Below, one piece after another: positions 18,625 to 29,559 of a DNA stretch of 64,000 nucleotides (positions within the stretch are counted from its first letter, which is position 1; each line of letters starts with the position of its first letter). Origin of the DNA: Sunxiuqinia sp. (GTDB taxonomy: Bacteria; Bacteroidota; Bacteroidia; Bacteroidales; Prolixibacteraceae); the NCBI GenBank assembly GCA_965230765.1, contig CBDDLR010000001.1, positions 2,696,515 to 2,760,514 on the forward strand, written 5' to 3'. A program made the translations under genes and the position numbers. The notes beneath the pieces were generated by a model. That model ran no database searches. It saw nothing but the letters and a program-made list of their open reading frames with translations, and was not told the DNA's origin.

Positions 18625-20589
18625 TTACTGTTTGATAAGTATTATGTCTTCATTTAACTTTTTGACAATTTTATCAAAGTAAGATTTTATTTTTGTGTAT
18701 GTTTCAGGAGGGTAGGTGGATTTCTTGAATACAATGCGTGAAGACGCTGATATGATATTGTTAAAAGCATTATAAGTTACTTCAATGTTTGCCAGCGAGT
18801 TATCCATTTTGTAGTTTTCAGGCTTTTCAAATAACTTAAATCCATTAGGGATTTTAATTGACGATTGGATTGTTTCAATATATGGATATATCAGATCAAC
18901 CGGATAACTTCTTGTTTTTTGTTTAAGTAAGTTTTCCTGAAGAGGAAAGTGTAGAAAAGGTCGAATGATAATTTTGTTTTCAAACTGGTCAAGTGAAGAT
19001 TTCCCAGCAAATTTTATATCATAGTGTTTTTCTGTGTCATTCTGATTTGTAAATTCAATTTTTACTGCATCCCGGATTCCTCTTTTTTCTAGTTCGTCTT
19101 TAACCTTGGTTGTATCCCCATTAAATTCTTTTCTCTGTTCAAGTGCTTCATATCCGCTTGTTTTAATAGAGCCTTTTGTGTTGATGATATATTCAGTGGT
19201 GTCAATTTCAAAATTCAAAAATAATTTTTTAGTTGAATTGCTATTAGCTCCTAATTTTACCCAGTTTACATTATCTTTTTGAATAAGTAATCCTTTGCCA
19301 TTGATACATCTTGGAGGAATATTTTTATGCGAAAGGAAACTTTCTGTACCATCAGTTAAATAACTCTGCTTCTCTGTTTTAATAAAAGGAAGCGTATAAT
19401 TAAAAAAGTGATCAAAGGGATAATCGGTCAGTACTTTACCATGATCTCTCGTACTCAGGATTATTGGCGTAGCCTCAATTCCTGCGGCCTCCATCAAGCC
19501 TATTAAAAAGAGGTTTATATCGGCAGAAGTCCCATTTTTTTGCTCATAAAACTCTTTTGCGTTCTTTGATGCGTATTTTGACATGTACCCATTCCAGGAA
19601 AAATTGGATTTCATATAGTTAATGATTGCTTCGGCCTTTTCCTCTTCGTTGAGGGAGTTTATTGATAACTCCGATTCAAAAATAGATTTACTTAGCTTGC
19701 TGGCACGATTAATATATTTTCCAAATTTATCGTGTTTCAATAATGACTCTGACATTTTTTCCCATGTTGTTACAATATCCTGTGTCGATCCATTAAGGTA
19801 GTGGATACAGGATAACTGAAAATCAATTTTCATGATATAATCTTCAATTGTTGAGATAAATGCTTCGTCTTTAAATGCAGGTATATCTTCCATTCGGAAT
19901 ATATATTCAACATCATAGAACTCAGTGCCACCGAATTTGCGTGAGATTCCTTTTTTTACCTGCGAATCGAAAAAAGTAAATTTAGATATGCCCTGAGCAA
20001 TGTATTGGTATTCATAAAATGGTATCTGGCTTAATGTATATTCGCTATAAAAAGTAGGTATCCGATCTTGAAATTTCCAGTCTGGAAGGTTGAAATGGAA
20101 TGGGGATTCCAGGACGTACTTGTATTCAATTATAGATCCTTCTTTTACATCGGGGAATACAAATTTTTTGGACATCCATCTCTTATTGATTTTTTCTTCA
20201 TAAACAGACTTCTTGTCAAGTGCTTTTTTTATAATTTGACCATTTTCATAATTATATGTAAAGGCCTCAATTTCTCTTATGACTTCTGTTCTGCCAAATC
20301 CGTCAACATAAAAAGGAATGGATATTTCTGCATAGTCTATGCCTTCCTTATCTAGTATTTTAATACGTTTTGAACGAGTAAACCTGATAATAAATCCGTT
20401 ATCGTCATTTGCAAAATAAGACTCACCTTTATCAAATAGGATTACGGCTTCAGCTTCAGGGTCATTATCTACTTCTTTTAAATCAAACTCACTCTTTCCA
20501 ACAACCATAAATCGTGTTGAATATTTCTGACAAAAAGCAACGTTGGAGGTGAAGAAAAATAGAAGAGTGTAAACAAAAATCGTTTTCAT
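18625..20589 (-). CDS. DUF3857 / transglutaminase-like domain protein
   Basis: Signal peptide; FPDVKEGSIIEY, DINLFLIGLM...STRDHG...FNY. Confidence 0.8.
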   Translation of the reverse strand: MKTIFVYTLLFFFTSNVAFCQKYSTRFMVVGKSEFDLKEVDNDPEAEAVILFDKGESYFANDDNGFIIRFTRSKRIKILDKEGIDYAEISIPFYVDGFGRTEVIREIEAFTYNYENGQIIKKALDKKSVYEEKINKRWMSKKFVFPDVKEGSIIEYKYVLESPFHFNLPDWKFQDRIPTFYSEYTLSQIPFYEYQYIAQGISKFTFFDSQVKKGISRKFGGTEFYDVEYIFRMEDIPAFKDEAFISTIEDYIMKIDFQLSCIHYLNGSTQDIVTTWEKMSESLLKHDKFGKYINRASKLSKSIFESELSINSLNEEEKAEAIINYMKSNFSWNGYMSKYASKNAKEFYEQKNGTSADINLFLIGLMEAAGIEATPIILSTRDHGKVLTDYPFDHFFNYTLPFIKTEKQSYLTDGTESFLSHKNIPPRCINGKGLLIQKDNVNWVKLGANSNSTKKLFLNFEIDTTEYIINTKGSIKTSGYEALEQRKEFNGDTTKVKDELEKRGIRDAVKIEFTNQNDTEKHYDIKFAGKSSLDQFENKIIIRPFLHFPLQENLLKQKTRSYPVDLIYPYIETIQSSIKIPNGFKLFEKPENYKMDNSLANIEVTYNAFNNIISASSRIVFKKSTYPPETYTKIKSYFDKIVKKLNEDIILIKQ

Positions 20590-22467
20590 TTAGTGGGGTT
20601 TTAATATTATCGTGTTTTTATTGTTAACTTCTTTTATCTGTTCAAAAAATGAATAGAAATCCTCATATTCACTCTTTGGGTATTGACCTGCAAAAAGTTT
20701 AAATTGCTTTGACACCCTAAGTGTATCTTTATGTAGCTTATAGTACTCACTAAATTCTCCATATTTGGTTTTAATGGTTTTATTTTCAGGAAGCCTCGCC
20801 GTGTATTTGTCAAAAGGAAAATGATATAAATATGAATCTTGATTATTTATTGGAATTGAAACTTTTATCGGATATTCCCTTTTCTCAGGTGGTGTAAGTT
20901 TGATTAGATTTGATGATTGTTTGATCAGAATTGCATTGCCAATTCGTTTTATTTGGTCTTTTGCTAAAACTTCGCACGAAAGGGAAATTGTGGGGGTGTC
21001 GCTGTTGGCTTTATAATAATTCCATGATTGTATTTCGAAGTTTTTCAAGCTAAGATTTTTTCTTATCAAGTCTTTTTGGTCTTCTTTTTTTGATAGTGAG
21101 TGATTCCGTAAATGTTTCTCAAATCTCCAACCCTTAAATTCATGAGATGTCTTAACATTGCAGTTACCATCTTCGTTCAATTTAAGCTCATAAATATTTT
21201 TATTGAGTACATCTTGCAGGGAAAATTTAGGGATATTGACCAATTTGCTTTCACTTTCATTTACCAGCAACCCTTTCCTTCCCTGGCTGAATGTACCTAA
21301 ATAGTTATACGGTTTTAGTTTTGACGTATTCTCCAGCCATAAGGTATCATTATTTAAGGGAACACATAAAATGACGTGGTTAAATTGATGACTTGGAAAA
21401 TCTGTTTTTATTTTTTCAGGGTTTATACCTGCATTAACTATTGTGTAATACGAATTAATACCAGCATATTTGAGCAATGCTTTCATGTAAATGGTAAGGG
21501 CTTTGCAGTCACCATATTTTTTTTCGCATACATAGCTTGCAGGGTAAGGTTTTAACCCTCCAATATCCAAAGAGATGTTAACGTATCGGGTATTTTCTTG
21601 CAAATATTTGAAAAGGGTGTTAATGATTTCTATTTCATTTTCCAGACCATGAATTAATCTGTCAACTTTTGCTTTTTCATTATCCGTTAATATGTCCAAG
21701 CCATGATTGATTAGGCTAAGCCATTCACCGTAACTTTGCCAGCTGTCAAAACATCCATCATGGCCATAGGTGAAATGCATTGGGATCACCTTGATATATG
21801 GTGTAAGTTCTTTTGATGGTGGGGAAAAATATTCGTTATTTATAGCAGGGATATTTTCGATCTCCCAATTATACATCATTCGCTCATCAACCTTATTTAC
21901 TCTTTCTTTATATTCGCCTGAAATACTTGTTTTAAATGCTTTATCGATAGGTAGGTCGATTGTTAGACTTGCATTTAGCGTAGGAACATTTTTATAAACG
22001 AGTGGAAACCAGTTTGCAATTGATAGAAACTCATCGAAAGTTTTTTTGTACTGGTACTTGATAATATACGGATATTGATGCCAATTAAGCTGAAACTCTT
22101 TGACGTAATAGTCATCATGAAATGTATCTTGTGAACGATAGTTACGTGTAACAATTTCTTTTTTCTTTAGTTTTCTCAAGACTTTATTGTCAAGGCTCCT
22201 AATCGATGCCTCGATGATTTCAATTTTCTGATTGTTTTGGAATGGGATTTCAATTTCAGAGATCCAGTTTTCCTGCTTGCAGGATACTAATATTTCGTAA
22301 GTGTTTTCTTCAATCAGTTTATCTTTTTCTACTCTAACGTTTGCAGTGAAGTTTAAAATTTTATTTGCTGATTCATTAGCTTGGATGCAGTAAAAGCCAA
22401 AAATCAGAATAAGGAATAGTGATATTTTTTTAAAGTTTCTGAATGCTTTTCTGATTGGGGTATTCAT
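20590..22467 (-). CDS. DUF3857 / transglutaminase-like domain protein
   Basis: RYVNISLDIGG, KYGDCKALT, FNHVILCV (Cys-His triad residues). Confidence 0.82.
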   Translation of the reverse strand: MNTPIRKAFRNFKKISLFLILIFGFYCIQANESANKILNFTANVRVEKDKLIEENTYEILVSCKQENWISEIEIPFQNNQKIEIIEASIRSLDNKVLRKLKKKEIVTRNYRSQDTFHDDYYVKEFQLNWHQYPYIIKYQYKKTFDEFLSIANWFPLVYKNVPTLNASLTIDLPIDKAFKTSISGEYKERVNKVDERMMYNWEIENIPAINNEYFSPPSKELTPYIKVIPMHFTYGHDGCFDSWQSYGEWLSLINHGLDILTDNEKAKVDRLIHGLENEIEIINTLFKYLQENTRYVNISLDIGGLKPYPASYVCEKKYGDCKALTIYMKALLKYAGINSYYTIVNAGINPEKIKTDFPSHQFNHVILCVPLNNDTLWLENTSKLKPYNYLGTFSQGRKGLLVNESESKLVNIPKFSLQDVLNKNIYELKLNEDGNCNVKTSHEFKGWRFEKHLRNHSLSKKEDQKDLIRKNLSLKNFEIQSWNYYKANSDTPTISLSCEVLAKDQIKRIGNAILIKQSSNLIKLTPPEKREYPIKVSIPINNQDSYLYHFPFDKYTARLPENKTIKTKYGEFSEYYKLHKDTLRVSKQFKLFAGQYPKSEYEDFYSFFEQIKEVNNKNTIILKPH

Positions 22468-22551
22468 CGAGTATGTAAAAGGTTTCTATATTTTGGGTGA
22501 CTCTTGTGCTTGTAGGCGAAAGATAATAAAAACAGAATAAATAATGTGTGG

Positions 22552-23334
22552 TCAATTACTTTTTATTGAAAATTTTAATCCATCGTATGCCATAAATACA
22601 TTTTCAGGAAGTTCTTTTGAAACTTCATCATGAAAACCCATTAAGTGGGAAATATGCGTGAGGTATGCTGTTTTTGGTTTTACTTCTTCAATTAATTGTA
22701 ATGCTTCTTCCAGGTTGTAATGCGAAATGTGCTTCTCTTTGCGTAGGGCATTGACAATCAGAACATCCAGTCCCTGTAGTTTTTCTTTTTCTGGCTCGTC
22801 AATGAAATTTACATCGGTAATGTATGCCATGTTGCCAATCCGGTATCCAAAAACAGGCAGTTTATAATGCAACCCACGAATTGGTATAACTTCTAAATCA
22901 TGTATGCAAAACGGTTTGTTTTCAACCTGGTGCAAGTTCATTTGTGGAATACCCGGGTATTTATAACGAGCAAATACATAATTAAAAACCCGCTTTATGG
23001 CTTCCTGTACCCTGGCTTCTGCATAAATATCGGTTGGGTGTTTTTGTACCCAGTTAAACGAGCGGATGTCATCGAGCCCAAACAGGTGGTCAACATGTTC
23101 ATGGGTAAGCAAAATAGCATTGAGCTGCCTTAATTTTGTACGAAGCATTTGTTGCCTGAAATCAGGGCCGGCATCAATAACCAGCTTCAATCCATTTACT
23201 TCAATCAACAATGATGAACGCAAGCGTTTGTCCTTTGGGTTCTCGGAAACACACACCTCACAGTCGCATGCAACTACGGGTACACCTTGTGATGTACCTG
23301 TACCCAAAAATTCAATATTTATGCTTGTGTTCAT
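22552..23334 (-). CDS. MBL-fold metallo-hydrolase (PhnP-like)
   Basis: FLGTGTSQGVP, IDAGPDFRQQ, THEHVDHLFGLDD; probable start MNTSIN at 23334. Confidence 0.88.
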   Translation of the reverse strand: MNTSINIEFLGTGTSQGVPVVACDCEVCVSENPKDKRLRSSLLIEVNGLKLVIDAGPDFRQQMLRTKLRQLNAILLTHEHVDHLFGLDDIRSFNWVQKHPTDIYAEARVQEAIKRVFNYVFARYKYPGIPQMNLHQVENKPFCIHDLEVIPIRGLHYKLPVFGYRIGNMAYITDVNFIDEPEKEKLQGLDVLIVNALRKEKHISHYNLEEALQLIEEVKPKTAYLTHISHLMGFHDEVSKELPENVFMAYDGLKFSIKSN

Positions 23335-23410
23335 GAATAAGATAAAACTACAAAAAAATGAAATCATGCCAAGGAAAGTAATTTTTTTATTTTTGAAGAA
23401 AAATTCAATA

Positions 23411-24112
23411 ATGGGCAAGCTTTTTCTTATTCCGGTTACTTTGGGCGATAGCGCAATTAGCTCAGTTATTCCATCCGATCATCAGGGAACAATAACTGGC
23501 ATCAAGCATTTTATTGTCGAAAATGTTCGTACAGCAAGACGTTTCCTAAAAAAAGTTGATAGGAATATCGATATTGATTCGTTGCAATTTTACGAGCTGA
23601 ACAAGCACACCGACAAAAATCAGATTTCAGGCTACTTAAACCCGATTAAAGCAGGTGAACATGTTGGACTGATGTCGGAGGCAGGTTGTCCGGGTGTGGC
23701 TGATCCGGGGGCTGATGTTGTGCGCATTGCCCATCAACAAAACATTGAGGTGGTTCCATTGGTTGGCCCATCATCCATCTTACTGGCCATGATGGCTTCT
23801 GGCATGAACGGCCAAAACTTTGCATTTAATGGTTATTTGCCAATAAAAAAAGGCGAAAAACAGAAAGAAATCCGTAGGCTTGAAAGTAGGGTGTATTCCG
23901 AAAACCAAAGCCAGGTTTTTATTGAGGCCCCATACCGAAACATAGCTTTGCTGGAAGATTTTTTGTCGACTTGCAACAGCCAAACTTTGTTGTGTATTGC
24001 CTGTGATATTACCTTGGATACTGAATTTATTCAAACAAAAACCATTGCAACCTGGAAGAAGACTTTACCTGATATTCAGAAACGGCCGACAATATTTATT
24101 TTGGGGAAGTAG
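23411..24112 (+). CDS. SAM-dependent tetrapyrrole-methylase family protein (RsmI-like)
   Basis: MGKLFLIPVTLG, SEAGCPGVADPG, PLVGPSSI, FIEAPYRN; true start 23411, not 23066. Confidence 0.85.
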   Translation: MGKLFLIPVTLGDSAISSVIPSDHQGTITGIKHFIVENVRTARRFLKKVDRNIDIDSLQFYELNKHTDKNQISGYLNPIKAGEHVGLMSEAGCPGVADPGADVVRIAHQQNIEVVPLVGPSSILLAMMASGMNGQNFAFNGYLPIKKGEKQKEIRRLESRVYSENQSQVFIEAPYRNIALLEDFLSTCNSQTLLCIACDITLDTEFIQTKTIATWKKTLPDIQKRPTIFILGK

Positions 24113-24124
24113 AAACTATTGGAC

Positions 24125-24152
24125 AAAAAAATAGCAGGAAAAAATCCTGCTA
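24125..24152 (-). terminator. Rho-independent terminator
   Basis: TAGCAGGA-AAAAA-TCCTGCTA with an A7 run on its left (U-tract on minus), downstream of the DUF2795 gene. Confidence 0.7.
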
Positions 24153-24174
24153 CCATATTTGTTTTGCCTACAAT

Positions 24175-24396
24175 TTAATATTCATCCTCGTTGAAGAAAA
24201 AATCATCTTTGCTGGGGTAATCTGGCCAGATGTCTTCAATACTCTCGTAAATTTCCCCCACATCTTCAATTTCCTGTAGGTTTTCAATAACCTCGAGTGG
24301 CGCCCCAGAGCGAATTGCGTAATCAATAAGCTCATCCTTACTTGCCGGCCAGGGTGCATCCTCAAGTTTTGAAGCTAGTTCTAATGTCCAGTACAT
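24175..24396 (-). CDS. DUF2795 family protein
   Basis: MYWTLELASKLEDAPWPASKDELIDYAIRSGAP, a highly conserved small Bacteroidota protein. Confidence 0.88.
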   Translation of the reverse strand: MYWTLELASKLEDAPWPASKDELIDYAIRSGAPLEVIENLQEIEDVGEIYESIEDIWPDYPSKDDFFFNEDEY

Positions 24397-24474
24397 ATTC
24401 GAAGGAATTTATGTTATACCTAATTTTTGATTTTGCGAATATATAAAAAAATACTTCAAATCAAACAAAAAAAA

Positions 24475-25047
24475 CTAAGGCTTATTTTCCTCCGGAATCC
24501 AAGGGTTTTCAGGGGCATCCTGATCGGCTGCAATTTTGCGGCCTAACACAAATAAATAGTCAGAAAGTCGATTAATATATTTTATTAACTTTTCATCAAC
24601 AACAATGTTTTCACTTAACTCAATAATGCGCCTTTCAGCTCTTCTGCAAACGGTTCGTGCAATCTGTATTTGTGCAGAAGCCTGACTTCCACCTGGCAAA
24701 ATAAAGTAATCCAGTTTTGGCAATGTTTCAAACATCTTGTCCATTTCGTTTTCCAGCAACTGAATATCTTCATCTTTGCAGGGATATCTTTTTATATACT
24801 CCTGGGCAGATTCGTCGGCTGCTAAAATGGATCCAATAGCAAACAGTTTTTTCTGAATGGTTAACAATGTTTTCTCCGAATGTTCGTCAAGTTTGTTCGT
24901 TATCACCAGCCCAATGTGGCTGTTAAGCTCGTCGACAGTTCCATAGGCTTCCAGCCGGTCGTCGTATTTTTTCACCCTGCTACCACCTAGCAAGCCAGTG
25001 GTTCCGTCATCTCCTGTCTTCGTGTAAACGCGTGTTATTTTTGTCAT
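24475..25047 (-). CDS. PduO-type cob(I)alamin adenosyltransferase
   Basis: RVYTKTGDDGTT, YGTVDELNS, RTVCRRAER, YINRLSDYLF. Confidence 0.93.
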   Translation of the reverse strand: MTKITRVYTKTGDDGTTGLLGGSRVKKYDDRLEAYGTVDELNSHIGLVITNKLDEHSEKTLLTIQKKLFAIGSILAADESAQEYIKRYPCKDEDIQLLENEMDKMFETLPKLDYFILPGGSQASAQIQIARTVCRRAERRIIELSENIVVDEKLIKYINRLSDYLFVLGRKIAADQDAPENPWIPEENKP

Positions 25048-25745
25048 TAAACTAATGGATTTGGATTGATTTCATCCGATTCAACTTCGCCGTCTTTCAA
25101 CCGGATAATGCGGTGTGCATGACGGGCTATATCTTCTTCATGGGTTACAACAATTAAGGTGTTACCTTGTTGATGAATGTCTGCAAACAACTGCATAATC
25201 TCTTCTGAAATTTTTGAGTCCAGGTTTCCAGTTGGCTCATCAGCCAGGAGGATTGATGGATTGTTCACCAGTGCCCTGGCAACAGCAACACGCTGGCGTT
25301 GACCACCAGACAATTCATTGGGTTTGTGTTCAACCCGGTCGGCAAGGCCAACATCTGTGAGTATTTTATTGGCCTGTTCAATGCGTTTTTGTTTTTTTAT
25401 TCCTGCATAAATTAGTGGCAACATCACATTGTCAAGGGCAGTATTCCTGGGCAGCAAATTAAAGGTCTGAAAAACAAAGCCAATTTCAGAGTTCCTGATT
25501 TCAGCCAATTCATCATCGGAAAGGTCGCTCACTTTTTTATCATTCAAAATATACTCTCCACTTGTGGGTGTGTCCAAACAACCAATAATGTTCATTAAGG
25601 TTGATTTACCCGAACCGGAGGCACCCATAATGGCCACATATTCGCCCTCTTTAATTTCAAGTGTTACCGAACGTAATGCACGAACGATTTGAGTTCCGAC
25701 TTTATAATTTTTTACGATGTTTTTAAGGTGGATGATTTGTTTCAT
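25047..25745 (-). CDS. ABC transporter ATP-binding protein (LolD/MacB-like)
   Basis: [34 protein letters not shown]. Confidence 0.92.
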   Translation of the reverse strand: MKQIIHLKNIVKNYKVGTQIVRALRSVTLEIKEGEYVAIMGASGSGKSTLMNIIGCLDTPTSGEYILNDKKVSDLSDDELAEIRNSEIGFVFQTFNLLPRNTALDNVMLPLIYAGIKKQKRIEQANKILTDVGLADRVEHKPNELSGGQRQRVAVARALVNNPSILLADEPTGNLDSKISEEIMQLFADIHQQGNTLIVVTHEEDIARHAHRIIRLKDGEVESDEINPNPLV

Positions 25746-25913
25746 GTTTTCAGTATCTGTTGTTTTAATGGTTGTCGGTTTGTGATCATCTTTTTAAAAT
25801 ACAGTGAGCTTGAACAAAAACTAAGCCACAAGTTATCAAAATATTCTTAAAAATATTTGGTGGCAACTTGTATATTTATACCTGCTATTTTCAAACTTCA
25901 ATATTCAGATATC

Positions 25914-26939
25914 ATGAAGAGAACATTGTTTTATTTGCTTATTGTATTCATCGTTTCCTGTTCGCATAAACAAGAACCACTGGTAAAAGTAATTAATTAT
26001 AAAGGATGGGAACAGTCTGTAGCGTTAAAAAATGCTAAGGTGAAGGTGGTCGTAGTTCCGCAAATAGGACGCATTATGAACCTGTCTTTTATTGGTGATG
26101 AAAATATTTTGTTTGAAGATGAAAAGCTTATTGGGAAAAAGCTGGCTGATTTTTATGCTGAAGGAGAAGAAATTGTTCCCAAAGGATTTGGTGGCGACCG
26201 GATTTGGCCTTGCTCGCAGGATTTGTTTGAGGGGATTTACGGAAACCGTTTTGTCGCTGATCGCTGGATTGATGGGGGAGAGTGGTCGTACGAATTGATT
26301 AAAAACGGGGTGAAAATTGAAAGTCCTGTAAGTGAAAAACTAGGGGTAAAAGTGACCCGTGAAATTATTCTGGATGAACAGGAAGCAAAAATAACGATCA
26401 ACCAAAAGATGGAGAAGGTGCAGCTTGCTGAAAATACAGCTCTTGAGCCTGTGCCGCTAACCATATGGAACCTGACACAGCTAAAAGCTACCAGCCAGGG
26501 CTTGATTCAGTTAAATGACAACAGCTTGTTTGAAAATAGGATTTTTATTCCCGAATGGCCAGATGCCATAAACTATGCGCAGCACAATTATTTCAGGGAA
26601 GATAAGGTTGGTGTGCTGCTCCCGCCTGATTCTGTGCAGTCGCAAAAAATTGGTGCCGATTCCCCGGGCTGGGTTGCCGGAATTGTTGGTAATACCTTAT
26701 TGGTTGAAGAATTTATTATGGAGCAAGGCCAGAATTACCCCGATGGTGGAACCAGTGCGACAATCTATAGCTCTGCTAGCATGACAGAGCTCGAATGCCT
26801 CAGCCCTGAAATTAAATTAAATATCGGTGAATCGATCAAACATTCAATGACCTGGCAGTTGTATAAAATCCCTAAAGAAATTACTGGATTAGAGGCGCAG
26901 CGGGAGAAGGCTTTGGAGATGATATTCGAGAAAAGTTAA
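25914..26939 (+). CDS. Lipoprotein, DUF4380-like
   Basis: MKRTLFYLLIVFIVSC lipobox; GGDRIWP, YPDGG, ELECLSP; family call from memory. Confidence 0.5.
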   Translation: MKRTLFYLLIVFIVSCSHKQEPLVKVINYKGWEQSVALKNAKVKVVVVPQIGRIMNLSFIGDENILFEDEKLIGKKLADFYAEGEEIVPKGFGGDRIWPCSQDLFEGIYGNRFVADRWIDGGEWSYELIKNGVKIESPVSEKLGVKVTREIILDEQEAKITINQKMEKVQLAENTALEPVPLTIWNLTQLKATSQGLIQLNDNSLFENRIFIPEWPDAINYAQHNYFREDKVGVLLPPDSVQSQKIGADSPGWVAGIVGNTLLVEEFIMEQGQNYPDGGTSATIYSSASMTELECLSPEIKLNIGESIKHSMTWQLYKIPKEITGLEAQREKALEMIFEKS

Positions 26940-27012
26940 TTAATGCCAAGTTTAAGCTGTATTTGTGACATATTGTATCATACACGTTGGTTTGTTGTGC
27001 CGTTTTACTTTT

Positions 27013-27378
27013 CTATTTCCCTTTATTCTTATATGTTACCCAATTTTTCTCCATCATAAAATTCAAAAAATATTCTTCGCCTTTTTCCTTTATCATTTCA
27101 ATTCCTTTTCTGCGGTTTGTTCCTGTTACAAACTGACCAAATCTTATCATGAATGGATTATACTTTTTACACTCCCTGACTGATTGAAATTCATTACATT
27201 CTGCACAAGAGTTTATCCCTTTTTCTATACAACAAGGTCTCACTTGACATTTAGGATAACCAACTGCACATTTTGGGTTATCTCCTTTGCAGCCTTCACA
27301 TTCTTCTTTCTTATATTTTGGGCATGCTGCACAGTAAAAACCGCAATAAGAAATTATACTTTTTTTTTCTTCTATCAT
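27013..27378 (-). CDS. DUF3795 Cys-rich protein
   Basis: YCGFYCAACP, CEGCK, CCIEKGINSCAEC. Confidence 0.75.
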   Translation of the reverse strand: MIEEKKSIISYCGFYCAACPKYKKEECEGCKGDNPKCAVGYPKCQVRPCCIEKGINSCAECNEFQSVRECKKYNPFMIRFGQFVTGTNRRKGIEMIKEKGEEYFLNFMMEKNWVTYKNKGK

Positions 27379-28331
27379 CGTATTTCGTTGTTTAAGAATT
27401 CAATGATTTTATCAATTGCCTTATTATTTTGCCTTAGTAACTCATTGCTGTGACCATTTTCAACAATGTACAGCTCCGTCTTGATATTCATTCCTTTCAA
27501 TAAGTTATAAAAATCCTCTACTTGTTTTAAACTAACAGCAGGGTCATTTTTTGAATGAACAATCAATGTTGGGGGATAATCAGGTTTTATATTGTCAACT
27601 AACGTATATTTTTTTAGTTTTTCAGGCTCTTTGCCTGGGTCAAAACCAAAAGTCTGATATATTCCTAAATTGTTTCTAGTAAGGAATCTCCACAATTTCA
27701 TTCTTGTATCATAGTCGCCGTATGAAACTATTGAGTCTTTGACAATTTCATATGGTCCTGGCTGTTTCAATATTGACAAATCTCCAACTTCAATGACTTT
27801 TGAAGAAAACCCTGTAGGTGCAGATATATCAATTATTGCATTAGGGGCTGATTTCTTGTTAAATCCAGTTGTAAGTGCCAAATATCCTCCTGCTGAACCA
27901 CCTGCAACGGCAATCTGATTGGTATTAATATTGAACTTTTCTAATCCGTTTTCCCTTACCCAATTTACAATATCTAACGCATCGGTCATTATCTGGTCAA
28001 GTTTTGTCTCAGGAACTAAGCGGTAATCAGCAGAAATTGCCGCATAACCCGAATCAAGCAGTTTATTTTTTAGCCTTTCATTTAATCCACTGTCCCTGTT
28101 TCCAAAAATAAATCCGCCCCCATGAAAATAAATCAGAACAGGATGTAGTCCTTTTGACTTTGGTAAAAAGATATTTGCCTTTATCTCATGTCCTTCAACT
28201 GTCTTGTAAACAAATTCAATTTTCTCTGAAGGATGATTCCATGAGAAAGATTTAAGGAAGGGATTTTCTTGTGAGAATGATTGTAGTGAAAAAAACAATA
28301 ACAATCCAATCACCATTTTTTTAATTTTCAT
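27375..28331 (-). CDS. Secreted alpha/beta hydrolase (HSL-like esterase)
   Basis: HGGGF, GGSAGG, HSKNDPAV, NGHS. Confidence 0.85.
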   Translation of the reverse strand: MKIKKMVIGLLLFFSLQSFSQENPFLKSFSWNHPSEKIEFVYKTVEGHEIKANIFLPKSKGLHPVLIYFHGGGFIFGNRDSGLNERLKNKLLDSGYAAISADYRLVPETKLDQIMTDALDIVNWVRENGLEKFNINTNQIAVAGGSAGGYLALTTGFNKKSAPNAIIDISAPTGFSSKVIEVGDLSILKQPGPYEIVKDSIVSYGDYDTRMKLWRFLTRNNLGIYQTFGFDPGKEPEKLKKYTLVDNIKPDYPPTLIVHSKNDPAVSLKQVEDFYNLLKGMNIKTELYIVENGHSNELLRQNNKAIDKIIEFLNNEIR

Positions 28332-28360
28332 ATTATCTAATTTTCAAACTTTAATATTTA

Positions 28361-28403
28361 CCACTACGCCTGCCATTATTTATACAAAATTTAAGCAATA
28401 GGT
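28361..28403 (-). pseudogene. Eroded attC-like remnant (one arm only)
   Basis: CCTGCCATTATTTATACAAAAT-TTAAGCAATAGG matches the arm of site 33093 (CCTGCCATTACTTATACAAAATGTT). Confidence 0.5.
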
Positions 28404-28460
28404 TTTCTTTTACAATTTATATAATTGTAAACCATTATTTTTTCATCGTTAATTCGTTTT

Positions 28461-29483
28461 TCAGTTTTCAGGCTTATACCTAAATGTTGCCTTTACAATT
28501 CCGTGATCAGAAGAACCAACCTCTTTGTGCTCTTCCGTATTTAAATGATCGTTTATCAATTCCATACCTGAAAAAGCCCAAATGCGTTTTTTGCTATTAT
28601 CATAAAACTCTTGGGACACTAAAATGTGATCCAATGATTCTTTGATATTCTTGTGTATGTGTGTGTAATAAACATCACGTAAACTTCTATATTCTTGCAG
28701 AGTCGCAACAGAATATAAGTCAGAATCACTACCTCCTTTGGATAACACGGAAAGATAAGTGGGTTGTCCAGTTATTACATTTAAGGTATTACTTAACTGC
28801 GAATCGTTTAAGTCACCTAATACCACCATTGGTTTATCCGTATCTTTCAATTCATCCACAAGTGTCATACGTAGTGCAGCTGCTTCAGCCGTGCGTCGTA
28901 TTGTTGATAGGGCAGAACCAATACCTTCTGAGTGAGGAGAATAAAAATCTTTATCGTCTTTGTACCATTGATTCTTCCATATTTGTGTGGGTGCTTTTGA
29001 CTTAAAATGACAGACGCAAAAATATATTTTATGATTATTTCGAGGTTCAATTGCGAAACGCAATACAGGGCGAGAATAACTATCAATGTTCACTTGTATG
29101 TCTGGTGTCTGAGGATCATCTCCCTTACTTTCTAGTTTAAATTTATCGGGAAAGTCTGTAATCCATTCTGGAGCACTTGGAGATAAGCTCTTTCGCACCG
29201 CTGCTGCACAAATGATCTTTGATCCATTAGCAGGACTTGCCATTAAGGTATAATCATCCAAAAGCCTTGATTTTTCAAACACTTCCACTAGTGCATCTGC
29301 ATGCCACAGTTCTTGAAAGCCAATAATATCAGCACCTATTGATTGAATAATGGTGCTCGTCCATTCAATTTTTTTATCGTATTGTTCTTGAGTCCATTTG
29401 CTCCCTCGATACATCGGTTTATTTGGAAGCTGTAAGTTGTAAAGGTTACAATTTGCGAATGTGATTTCTTTGAGATTTGCCAT
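28461..29483 (-). CDS. Endonuclease/exonuclease/phosphatase (EEP) family protein
   Basis: ANCNLYNL, GFQE, HFKSK, LGDLND, LDHILVS, SDHG. Confidence 0.85.
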   Translation of the reverse strand: MANLKEITFANCNLYNLQLPNKPMYRGSKWTQEQYDKKIEWTSTIIQSIGADIIGFQELWHADALVEVFEKSRLLDDYTLMASPANGSKIICAAAVRKSLSPSAPEWITDFPDKFKLESKGDDPQTPDIQVNIDSYSRPVLRFAIEPRNNHKIYFCVCHFKSKAPTQIWKNQWYKDDKDFYSPHSEGIGSALSTIRRTAEAAALRMTLVDELKDTDKPMVVLGDLNDSQLSNTLNVITGQPTYLSVLSKGGSDSDLYSVATLQEYRSLRDVYYTHIHKNIKESLDHILVSQEFYDNSKKRIWAFSGMELINDHLNTEEHKEVGSSDHGIVKATFRYKPEN

Positions 29484-29559
29484 AGTTTAACTTTTTAGTT
29501 TATTAATAGTATCTTTCCTATATTATATCATAGTTCCCAAAAATCTTTCTTACCTAATT

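Noticed and set aside
23066-23410. Long N-terminal extension of the methyltransferase ORF
   Set aside because: It overlaps the divergent MBL hydrolase gene; the family-like sequence begins at ATG 23411.
26975-27005. Possible further attC remnant after DUF3795 (…TACACGTTGGTTTGTTGTGCCG)
   Set aside because: Only a weak resemblance, with no matching partner box upstream.
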